A stretch of 64,000 nucleotides of DNA from contig CAZBHH010000001.1 of the NCBI GenBank assembly GCA_964492065.1, positions 80,819-144,818 of the forward strand. The letters run 5' to 3'. The notes under the pieces were generated by a model. It was not told where the DNA came from and ran no database searches. It was given only the letters and a program-made list of their open reading frames with translations. The position numbers and the translations under genes were made by a program. Positions within the stretch are counted from its first letter, which is position 1; each line of letters starts with the position of its first letter. Shown here in pieces: positions 41,447-50,091 of the stretch. The DNA comes from an uncultured Chitinophagales bacterium. GTDB taxonomy: Bacteria; Bacteroidota; Bacteroidia; Chitinophagales; BACL12.

Positions 41447-43693
41447 ATGGTAAGAACTGTATTGCAAATATGTATTATCTGCCTCGCACAGGTGGCGACA
41501 GCGCAAATGATTTCGGTGCGCTCCGCCGGCGATAGCCAGCCGGTTCCGTTTGTAAATGCCGTTCTGAATGCGCTACCCGACGGCGACACCATTATCATGA
41601 GCACAGATATCTCCGGGAATATCCAACTGCAAGGTCGCATTCTAACGGAGAAGAGTTATGCCATCACCATTTCATGTATAGGCTTCAAAAAACTTTGCGA
41701 CACACTGTATGCGCCCATTCAAACCGGCACCTTGTATCTGCAGTCCGATAATATCTCATTAGACGAAGTGGTGGTAACAGCGCAATACGCTCCCGGCAGC
41801 CCGGAGCGGTCGGTGCACAAGGTGAAAATTATCGGCAACAAAAAAATCCAATCAATGGGAGCGCAAAACCTGCGGGATGTGCTGAGTAATGAATTGAATA
41901 TGCGCATTGCACAGGACAATATCCTGGGCAGCAGCATGAATATCCAGGGGATTTCGGGACAGAATGTAAAAATCCTGGTTGACGGCGTGCCGGTGACTGG
42001 CCGCCTGAACGGCAATATCGACATCTCCCAGATCAACATGTACAATGTGGAGCGCATTGAAATCATCGAAGGCCCGCTTTCAGTCAATTACGGCACCGAT
42101 GCCCTGGCGGGAACCATTAATATCATTACTAAAAAAACACAGGAAGAAACGTTCGAGGTGCACTCTTTTAATTACTACGAGAGCAACGGCCAATATAATA
42201 CAACGGGTTCTGCCGGATTCCGAAAAAATAACGAAATCATTACCCTGACCGGCGGCAGGCATTATTTTGACGGCTGGCGTTACGGCGACAAGCCCTTTTA
42301 TATCGAGCAGCCGAAAATCGCCGACAGCCTGCGCTATAAGGACTGGAAACCCAAAGAGCAATATTTCGCCACTTTATACTACGGTCATTATTTTAAAAAT
42401 ATAAAAACGGGTTACACTGCCGACTACTTCCAGGAGCAGATAACCAACAAAGGCTTGCCCCGCAAACCCTATTACGAAACCGCCTTCGACGATTACTACT
42501 TTACAAAGCGATTGAATAATGCCATATCTCTATCCGGTCCATTGAACAGCAGGTACTACCTGAATGGCGTTATCTCTTATAATTATTTCGAACGCATTAA
42601 AAACACATTTTTTAACGACCTCACCACATTGGAGGAAACACTTACCGAAAATTTCGGCGATCAGGATACAACAGTTTTCAAGGTATTCATGACCAGGGGC
42701 GGTATAAGTACTACCGGGAATACGAAGTTGAATTGGGAGTTGGGTTATGATATAAATAATGAAACCGGAGCCGGAATACGAATCAAAGACGGATCACAGC
42801 AAATCACCGATTACGCACTATTCACCACCGCGGAATACAAACCGGCGCCGGCGGTAATCATCCGCCCCGGAGTTCGATTCATCTACAATACTGCATACAA
42901 GGCGCCCGTGGTACCTTCTGTCAATTTGCGCTGGCAGGCTTCAGATAAAAATGCTATCCGGTTTTCATACGCCCGCGGATTCCGTGCCCCCTCGCTCAAG
43001 GAATTGTTTTTTTACTTCGTGGACGTCAATCACAATATCGTCGGAAGCGAAAACCTTAAGGCGGAATACTCCCACAGCTTGAATTTAGCGCTGTCCAATG
43101 CGCAGCAATACAGAAACGTCTATATAAAATCCGAAGTTTCTGCCTTTTACAACTATATCGAAAACCTGATAACCTTAGCCCAACAATCTGAGACGCAATA
43201 CAGCTATTTCAACGTGGATATTTACCAGACACTCGGCATACAACTGCAATCGGAATTTTCCTGGCAGCATTTCAGAACCTCGTTGGGAGCTGCCTACACG
43301 GGAAGATATAATCAACTGGCTGAGGAATTTGCAATGGTGCAGTTTGACTGGTCTCCCGAGTTGCAATACAACTTATACTACGAATGGCAGGGATTCTCGG
43401 CCGCATTCTTTTATAAATACACCGGCGCCTTGCCGTTAATTTCAACAGATGCTGAAGGCACTCCGGTAAAGACGCTGATAGCAGGTTATTCGCTTGCCGA
43501 TATTTCGCTCACGAGAGTACTGTGGGACGGCAAGTGCGGCATTTCTCTCGGTTGCAAGAATATATTTGACGTAGTAAATATTGCGAGCTCCGTTCCGGGT
43601 AGTGCACATTCTTCCGGCAGCAACAGTATTTCCATCGGAATGGGGCGCACGTATTTTCTCAAATTCGATATTCACTTCAATTCCGGCAGATGA
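41447..43693 (+). CDS. TonB-dependent receptor (CarboxypepD_reg-like N-domain, plug, 22-strand barrel)
   Basis: 748 aa with a signal peptide, DEVVVTAQY TonB-box region, plug motifs (ILVDGVPV..GR, IEIIEGPLSVNYGTDALAGTINIIT) and a C-terminal barrel. Confidence 0.9.
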   Translation: MVRTVLQICIICLAQVATAQMISVRSAGDSQPVPFVNAVLNALPDGDTIIMSTDISGNIQLQGRILTEKSYAITISCIGFKKLCDTLYAPIQTGTLYLQSDNISLDEVVVTAQYAPGSPERSVHKVKIIGNKKIQSMGAQNLRDVLSNELNMRIAQDNILGSSMNIQGISGQNVKILVDGVPVTGRLNGNIDISQINMYNVERIEIIEGPLSVNYGTDALAGTINIITKKTQEETFEVHSFNYYESNGQYNTTGSAGFRKNNEIITLTGGRHYFDGWRYGDKPFYIEQPKIADSLRYKDWKPKEQYFATLYYGHYFKNIKTGYTADYFQEQITNKGLPRKPYYETAFDDYYFTKRLNNAISLSGPLNSRYYLNGVISYNYFERIKNTFFNDLTTLEETLTENFGDQDTTVFKVFMTRGGISTTGNTKLNWELGYDINNETGAGIRIKDGSQQITDYALFTTAEYKPAPAVIIRPGVRFIYNTAYKAPVVPSVNLRWQASDKNAIRFSYARGFRAPSLKELFFYFVDVNHNIVGSENLKAEYSHSLNLALSNAQQYRNVYIKSEVSAFYNYIENLITLAQQSETQYSYFNVDIYQTLGIQLQSEFSWQHFRTSLGAAYTGRYNQLAEEFAMVQFDWSPELQYNLYYEWQGFSAAFFYKYTGALPLISTDAEGTPVKTLIAGYSLADISLTRVLWDGKCGISLGCKNIFDVVNIASSVPGSAHSSGSNSISIGMGRTYFLKFDIHFNSGR

Positions 43694-44664
43694 AAATAGT
43701 ACACCTGTTGAAATCAGCTATAATCGCCGTACCCGTACTGTGCATCACGGCATGTGAAACCGTCGAATTGCCGGTACCCAAACACGAAACGGGAAATATC
43801 ATCACTGCAACGGTGGATATGCATACCGATTACAGCTACCAGATATTTTACGACCTGGAAACGCATGCGGTAATCAGCCAGAATCTGAAAACAGACTGGG
43901 ACCTCGGTTTTGAGACATCGCCTGCGGGCAATCGCATTATTCTCAATGCGGCAAATGCCATGTTTGCCATGAATACCGCGAATCCGGATTTCTCATCTGT
44001 CACTGACACTGCGGGGTTCGCCATGGCGAAGGTATTCGATGCGCCCACGGGCAATATGGATTCAACGGCTATTGGAAACTGGCAGGAGGGGAATCCGGTG
44101 TATATCATCGACAGGGGAATCGATGCTAGCGGCATACACCGCGGCTTTCGCAAAATACAAATTCTCGCTGTTGACAGCTCTGAGTACACGGTGAAGTTCG
44201 CCGAAATGGACGGTAGCGGCGAGACCACACTTCAGATTGTGAAAGACACTCTCTATAATTTTACTTTCTTATCATTTCAGACAAACAATACAATTCTGAT
44301 TGAACCGCCTAAGACCGACTGGGACTTACTGTTTACGCAATACCTCGAGGCGCTGAACCCGCCTTACCTCGTTACGGGCTGTATTCTCAACCGCTATAAC
44401 ACGGCTGCAAAGATGGATTCAACACGCAGCTTTGAAGCTATTGATTTGAATTTTATCCTGAGTCATACATTGAGCCCGCACATCAATTCCATCGGCTACA
44501 CCTGGAAGGAATACGATTTCGATGCAGCGACTTACGAGGTGTATCCCCGGATGAATTACCTGATACAGGACAGCGACGGGTTTTACTACAAACTGCATTT
44601 CCTGGATTTTTATGATCAATCGGGCAACAAGGGAAATCCGACATGGGAATTCCAAAAATTATAA
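43690..44664 (+). CDS. HmuY-like lipoprotein
   Basis: The ATG overlaps the receptor stop (ATGA). Lipobox ..LCITAC, DWDLGF and DWDLLFTQYL motifs, and C-terminal ..YYKLHFLDFYD..GN..F... Confidence 0.7.
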   Translation: MKIVHLLKSAIIAVPVLCITACETVELPVPKHETGNIITATVDMHTDYSYQIFYDLETHAVISQNLKTDWDLGFETSPAGNRIILNAANAMFAMNTANPDFSSVTDTAGFAMAKVFDAPTGNMDSTAIGNWQEGNPVYIIDRGIDASGIHRGFRKIQILAVDSSEYTVKFAEMDGSGETTLQIVKDTLYNFTFLSFQTNNTILIEPPKTDWDLLFTQYLEALNPPYLVTGCILNRYNTAAKMDSTRSFEAIDLNFILSHTLSPHINSIGYTWKEYDFDAATYEVYPRMNYLIQDSDGFYYKLHFLDFYDQSGNKGNPTWEFQKL

Positions 44665-44686
44665 TAGCGCTTTCATTTTCTTCCCT

Positions 44687-44721
44687 TCGAATAACCGAAC
44701 TTCCCGTTTCGGTTATTCCGA
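44687..44721. terminator. hairpin between the convergent HmuY-like and DUF262 genes
   Basis: TCGAATAACCGAA-cttcccgt-TTCGGTTATTCCGA. The core is 9 bp perfect (ATAACCGAA/TTCGGTTAT), extendable to 13 bp with one bulge. Flanking T-rich sequence is only partial. Confidence 0.5.
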
Positions 44722-44761
44722 TGCTTATTGGGCTCTGAGAAGCGGATACGGCAACAATCGT

Positions 44762-46450
44762 TTAATTACTTAATTCCTGTATTTTCCAAATTGCTTTAAC
44801 ATGTTTTGCCAACTGCTTTTGACGGGATGCCAGTTTATCTACATTCCATGTATTGTAATGCTCAGGAATAGATCGGGTTAATTCAAAATTTGATTTTAAA
44901 TAAACTTTCTGTTTTTCCAAATACGGTTTCTGGCCACATTCAATATTCAGGTTTTTCTCCAGCAATGTGAGGTTGCCAATCCGGTATATAGATTGATTGA
45001 TTTCCTCAAAGGAGAATTCTCCCCACGTCTCATCGGCGTTTTCTGGTAAAATATGTTCTATGGAGTATAAATCGCTCTCTGTATCCATATCATTTTTATA
45101 TAGGTAAAGCTCCATTTTCGAAAGGATATATCGCACTAATTTATGGTTGCGGGTAGTATTCTTAAATTCCTTGGTGGCAAAACTGGTTTCAAAATTTGCA
45201 TCGTTTACATAAATACTTTGAAAGTCAGTGGCCTCAAAATGTTGATGCCTTACAATTTTCAGTGCAACCGCATTGTAAACATCTTCCTGTACATTCGGGT
45301 TTAAGCCGCCTATAATATTGTACCTGAAGGAAATGACCGAACATATTTTTGCCAACCTCCGAAAACTCTCCATGTTTAAATTCTTAAGCGCAGACAGGAA
45401 CAGCGAGTTGGTTTGTCGAATCTGAAACAATTTTAGCTCCTTCAGCGATCTACTTATTTCTGGCTTATCCCGCCAATACACGTCTTCCGGATTTTGTATT
45501 GCCAAATAAATATCTACGGTATCGTTAAGGCTCCGAACTAATTCAAACACCGCTTCTTTGGTTGTTATACTATTTCTGATGGTTTTAAACAGGTTTTTTT
45601 TACCCACAGATTTATTTTTACTGTTCCAGTAATAGCGCAGGTAGTCCTCCACTTTTTGATCGCCTAACTTACCGACGATTTTACTCCAGATATTTTCAAG
45701 TTCCTCAACTTCAGAAATGTGAGGACCGGTTTCATCGACAACCGAAAACAGGTGATTTTTCAGCAAATCCGATGAGGACAATTGCACGCCTCTTGAATTG
45801 AGCGTCTCAAACACTTTAAATGCATTTAATTGATCGGTAACTTCAATTACCGTAAAATACAATTTGTCAACAATGTTATCAATAAAAGCGGCCAATTGTT
45901 CACCTGTTTTAAAATCCGCCTGTATTCTCTCATAATACCAGAGAAAACATTCTCTCATGTGTTTTTCCGAGTTATTGGTATTTCTCAGTGGCAATTCCTT
46001 AAGGAGTACCAAATGCTGCCTGTAATAATCATCGCTGTTGCGGTTTAATGTAAGTTTATTATTTGAGATTAGAGTTACCGGATCGACATAGCCTATATAA
46101 CTATTCATCAGACTTTCCCTTCGTTTCATATTGTTGTCCGGGTCAATGCCCGCCTCTGTAAATTTTTTCAGGCACTTTAGCGTTGCGAGAATCAACAAAC
46201 TCATCGTAGTCAGCCTTTGCTGTCCGTCAATAACCTGGAAATCTTTATTATTATTCGTCTGAAGTACCAAATAGCCCATGTAATGTTCGGATTCTTCATC
46301 GGTTAATAGCAACTGTATATCCTGCCAAAGATCATCCCATTGTTCCACCTCCCAGGTATAGTCTCTTTGAAATTTTGGAATTACATACCGGATGCCATTA
46401 CCCATTAACTGACGGTAGGTTTTATTAGAGGTACCCTGTATCCCTTTCAT
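44762..46450 (-). CDS. DUF262 + DUF1524 two-domain protein (GmrSD-like type IV restriction/defence nuclease family)
   Basis: 562 aa. The N-terminus has IPKFQRDYTWE..W..LW and VIDGQQRLTT (DUF262/ParB-like NTPase). The C-terminus has SIEHILPE...IGNLTLLEKNLN (His-Me/HNH-like DUF1524). Visibly AT-rich relative to its flanks. Confidence 0.8.
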   Translation of the reverse strand: MKGIQGTSNKTYRQLMGNGIRYVIPKFQRDYTWEVEQWDDLWQDIQLLLTDEESEHYMGYLVLQTNNNKDFQVIDGQQRLTTMSLLILATLKCLKKFTEAGIDPDNNMKRRESLMNSYIGYVDPVTLISNNKLTLNRNSDDYYRQHLVLLKELPLRNTNNSEKHMRECFLWYYERIQADFKTGEQLAAFIDNIVDKLYFTVIEVTDQLNAFKVFETLNSRGVQLSSSDLLKNHLFSVVDETGPHISEVEELENIWSKIVGKLGDQKVEDYLRYYWNSKNKSVGKKNLFKTIRNSITTKEAVFELVRSLNDTVDIYLAIQNPEDVYWRDKPEISRSLKELKLFQIRQTNSLFLSALKNLNMESFRRLAKICSVISFRYNIIGGLNPNVQEDVYNAVALKIVRHQHFEATDFQSIYVNDANFETSFATKEFKNTTRNHKLVRYILSKMELYLYKNDMDTESDLYSIEHILPENADETWGEFSFEEINQSIYRIGNLTLLEKNLNIECGQKPYLEKQKVYLKSNFELTRSIPEHYNTWNVDKLASRQKQLAKHVKAIWKIQELSN

Positions 46451-46584
46451 AATTTATCGTTAAAAGTTTTCTGAGACTTCATTTGTTCCCACACCATATG
46501 CTGCGTACTTGTATCCGGAATTATCCCGGTATTACAATTATCATCTTGGATCAATATTTGAATAATCTCTTTGGGCGTTTTCAT
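46447..46584 (-). CDS. 45-codon upstream ORF translationally coupled to the DUF262 gene (hypothetical)
   Basis: Hand translation gives MKTPKEIIQILIQDDNCNTGIIPDTSTQHMVWEQMKSQKTFNDKL*. Its TGA overlaps the DUF262 ATG (ATGA). It falls below the 60-aa cut-off of the ORF track. Confidence 0.35.
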   Translation of the reverse strand: MKTPKEIIQILIQDDNCNTGIIPDTSTQHMVWEQMKSQKTFNDKL

Positions 46585-46903
46585 ATACTGTATTTTATCT
46601 TTATAAAAAAAGCTTCAAAATTTACCTCAACCAATTTTCTGCAAAAAGATATTTTACTTTCTTCTATCCTTATCAGCGCTCCTTTAACTAAAATACGCTG
46701 ATTACAATCCCCAAGCTGTCAATTTTTGCCTAAAATAATAACTTGTTTTAAGTATTTCAAGCTTAAGGGAGTTAGGGATAATTCTTTGTTGTAGGATTGT
46801 GTATTTGTCAATAAAAATTCTATAAAAGATATATTCAGGCCGGCATGGAGCAAAAGAATGCAATTTGTACATGGGGAATCGGCGAGGACCTGTATTTTCA
46901 AAT

Positions 46904-49900
46904 TCATTTCTGTGCTTTACCCGCTTGTTTCAGTTCTTCCAGTTTTTTTCTTCCGTAGGCAATTTTTGTAATAGCGACAAACAAGACAGGCACAATAAAG
47001 ATAGCGAGTGAGGTAGCGGCCAGCATACCGCCCAAAACTGTCCAGCCTATTGTTTTCCTGGATTCGGCGGCGGCGCCGGTTGCCAAAACAAGGGGTAATA
47101 CGCCAAAAATAAATGCGAGCGACGTCATCACGATAGGCCTCAGGCGCAGGCGCACGGCGGCGATTGTCGATTGAATGACATCTATGCCGCTGTCCACTCT
47201 TTCCTTTGCAAATTCGACAATCAGGATGGCGTTTTTAGCCGCCAGGCCAATCAGCGTTATCAGGCCGATTTGCGCATATATATTATTGGAGATATCAGGC
47301 AGTAAACTCAGGGTAACAATGGAGCCAAAGGCGCCGATGGGAACGGCCAGCAACACCGAAAACGGAACCGACCAGCTCTCGTACAACGCCACCAAAAACA
47401 GGAAGACAAAAATGACTGACAGGCCGAAAATCAGGAGCGTCTTATCTCCCGCCTGGATTTCTTCCCGCGACATACCTGAGAACTCATAGCTGTAACCCGC
47501 GGGCAGGTAAGCATCCGCCGTTTCCTGCAGCGCACGTATAGCCTGGCCGCTGCTGTATCCCTGCGCATTGGTGCCGTTGATTTCAATGGAGCGGTTCACA
47601 TTGTAATGCGAGATGGTGGCAGGGCTTTCTATCAAACGGGAAGTAATCAGTGAACCCAGCGGGATCATATTTCCCTCCGCATTTCTGACGTAGTATTTTC
47701 CGATGGCTTCAACGGATGAGCGATACGAACTGTCTGCCTGGCTCACCACCCGGAAGTTGCGGCCGTATAAATTAAAGTCGTTGATATAGCGGCTGCCCAG
47801 CAATGCAGATAGCGTATTGTACACTTCCGAAACCGGCACACCCAGTTGTTTTGCTTTCGCACGATCCACATCCACCTGGTATCCCGGCGTATTGGCGGTA
47901 AAGAATGTATAGGCATTATCAATTTCGGGTCGTCTGTTTACCTGCTCAATAAAATCTTTGGCGACTTTACTGAATGTGGCAATATCATCGGCGCTGGAAG
48001 TCTGTTGTAATTGAAACGTAAACCCGGAAGATCTTCCCAAACCCGGAACGGGCGGCGGCGCCACCACCAATACCCTCGCCTCTTTCAGATCTGCCGTCGC
48101 ATCCTGGATTTTTTTCAATATGCTCATGGCATCCTGTCCTTTTTCCTTCCGCACTTCCCAGGGTTTCAGCATAATCCACATCGTGCCGACATTCGATTTA
48201 TTGGAACCCTGGAACACATTGAACCCCGCAAGTCCGCCGACAACGGATATTTCGGGAATTGCCTTAATGCGTTTCACAATCTCCAGCAGCATTTCGTAAC
48301 TGCGCTCCGACGAAGTTGCCTCTGCCATTTCATAGGTAGCCATCAGGGTGCCTTCATCTTCCTGGGGGATAAATCCCGTCGGTTTTTTTGCAAATAAAAA
48401 AACGAGGGTAATTATTATCACCACCAACAGTCCAAATACATAGCGGGTATTTCGAATCCACAGCGCCACACCCCTGGTATATGCAGCAGTAATTTGTCCG
48501 AAGCGATTATTAAATGCGAGGAAGAACTTTTCTAGGATATTTTTCTTATCTCTTTTGCCTTTGGACGGCCGCAACATCAGCGAGCAGAGCGCAGGTGTGA
48601 GCGATAGCGCCACGAAGGCGGATATCAGAACCGACATTGCAATAGTAATTGCAAACTGCTGATACAATCTGCCGACGATACCCGGGATAAAACCTACCGG
48701 GACGAACACCGCCGCCAGAATCAGGGCAATGGCAATAACCGGCCCCGAAATATCCTGCATAGCCCGGCGGGTTGCTTCACGTGCGGATATGTGATAGCGG
48801 TCAATATAATGTTGCGCCGCTTCCACGACGATGATGGCATCGTCAACCACAATGCCGATGGCGAGAATAAACGCAAATAAGGTAAGCGTGTTAATCGTAA
48901 ATCCGAAAATGGAGAAGAACGCAAATGTGCCGATTATCGAAACGGGAATGGCGAGTACGGGTATTAATGTGGCCCGCCAGTCCTGAAGAAACAAAAACAC
49001 GACGATAACCACTAACAATAATGCCTCCAGCAATGTGACGATTACCTCATCGATGGAAGCTTCGATAACGGAAACGGACTCATTCGGTATCAGGTAATCA
49101 AAATCGCTCGGAAATGTTTTTTTCATCTCCTCCAATTTGTCGATAATGCCGTTATAAGTTTCCAGCGTATTGGCTTCGGGCGTTTGATACACTATAACGT
49201 AAGTGGCGGGCTGGCCATTCACTGTAGAGTTGTGTCCGTAATTAAACTTTCCCAACTCCACCTTTGCGACATCCTTTAAATAAACTACATTCCCGGTTTG
49301 GGGATTGCTGCGGATAATTATATTATTAAATTGTTCAACGGTATTAATGCGGCTGTTGGTGATGACATTATATTCAAAACTCTGCTGTTCTTTTTGAGGG
49401 ACGCCCCCGATAGTGCCGGGTGCGATCTGGATGTTCTGTTCCTTGACGGCATTGGTAATATCTTCGGGTGTCAGCGACAGCGCTGCGAGCTTTTCGGGAT
49501 TTAACCAGATGCGCATACTAAAATCATCGCCATGCGAATCGATATCGCCAACGCCTTTCACACGCTTCAGCGCATCCTGCACATAGATATTCACATAATT
49601 GCCGATAAATGCAGAACTATGGGTACCGTTGGGTGAATAAAATGCAAAAACCGCCAGGGCGCTCGGATTTCTTTTGCGCACGGTAATCCCCAATCGCTTC
49701 ACTTCTTCGGGCAAGGTCGGAAGCGCCACATTCACCCGGTTCTGTACATCCACAGTGGCAATGTCAATATCGGTTCCCATGTCAAATACCACATTCACAT
49801 TGCTGCGCCCGCTGGAGGAACTCGAACTCGTAATATAGCTCATCCCGGGCGAGCCGTTGATCTGTGTTTCCATCGGCGTGGTGGTAGTCTGTTCCACCGT

Positions 49901-50068
49901 TACGGCATCGGCGCCGATAAAATTGCCCGAGACAGAAACCGTCGGCGGTGAGATATTCGGATATTTGGAAATGGGTAAATTCAGCAGTGAGAGGATTCCC
50001 ACCAACACAATTACAATCGAGATAACAATTGCCGTAACCGGCCTCTTAATAAAAGTTTCTGCAATCAT
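46904..50068 (-). CDS. RND efflux transporter permease (HAE1/AcrB family)
   Basis: 1054 aa in a 12-TM, two-large-periplasmic-loop architecture. N-terminus MIAETFIKRPVTAIVISIVIVLVG, typical of the AcrB family. Confidence 0.9.
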   Translation of the reverse strand: MIAETFIKRPVTAIVISIVIVLVGILSLLNLPISKYPNISPPTVSVSGNFIGADAVTVEQTTTTPMETQINGSPGMSYITSSSSSSGRSNVNVVFDMGTDIDIATVDVQNRVNVALPTLPEEVKRLGITVRKRNPSALAVFAFYSPNGTHSSAFIGNYVNIYVQDALKRVKGVGDIDSHGDDFSMRIWLNPEKLAALSLTPEDITNAVKEQNIQIAPGTIGGVPQKEQQSFEYNVITNSRINTVEQFNNIIIRSNPQTGNVVYLKDVAKVELGKFNYGHNSTVNGQPATYVIVYQTPEANTLETYNGIIDKLEEMKKTFPSDFDYLIPNESVSVIEASIDEVIVTLLEALLLVVIVVFLFLQDWRATLIPVLAIPVSIIGTFAFFSIFGFTINTLTLFAFILAIGIVVDDAIIVVEAAQHYIDRYHISAREATRRAMQDISGPVIAIALILAAVFVPVGFIPGIVGRLYQQFAITIAMSVLISAFVALSLTPALCSLMLRPSKGKRDKKNILEKFFLAFNNRFGQITAAYTRGVALWIRNTRYVFGLLVVIIITLVFLFAKKPTGFIPQEDEGTLMATYEMAEATSSERSYEMLLEIVKRIKAIPEISVVGGLAGFNVFQGSNKSNVGTMWIMLKPWEVRKEKGQDAMSILKKIQDATADLKEARVLVVAPPPVPGLGRSSGFTFQLQQTSSADDIATFSKVAKDFIEQVNRRPEIDNAYTFFTANTPGYQVDVDRAKAKQLGVPVSEVYNTLSALLGSRYINDFNLYGRNFRVVSQADSSYRSSVEAIGKYYVRNAEGNMIPLGSLITSRLIESPATISHYNVNRSIEINGTNAQGYSSGQAIRALQETADAYLPAGYSYEFSGMSREEIQAGDKTLLIFGLSVIFVFLFLVALYESWSVPFSVLLAVPIGAFGSIVTLSLLPDISNNIYAQIGLITLIGLAAKNAILIVEFAKERVDSGIDVIQSTIAAVRLRLRPIVMTSLAFIFGVLPLVLATGAAAESRKTIGWTVLGGMLAATSLAIFIVPVLFVAITKIAYGRKKLEELKQAGKAQK

Positions 50069-50091
50069 GTTTCTAAACTTCTTTTTTCATA

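Noticed and set aside
46585-46907. ORFs in the AT-rich spacer next to the RND stop: 46719-46907 (minus, 62 aa) and 46483-46701 (plus, 72 aa).
   Set aside because: Their composition is Leu/Ile/Asn/Lys-rich, as expected from random AT-rich DNA. One overlaps the RND gene end and the other is antisense to the coupled small ORF. There is no motif. The spacer may simply be promoter DNA or decayed insert DNA.
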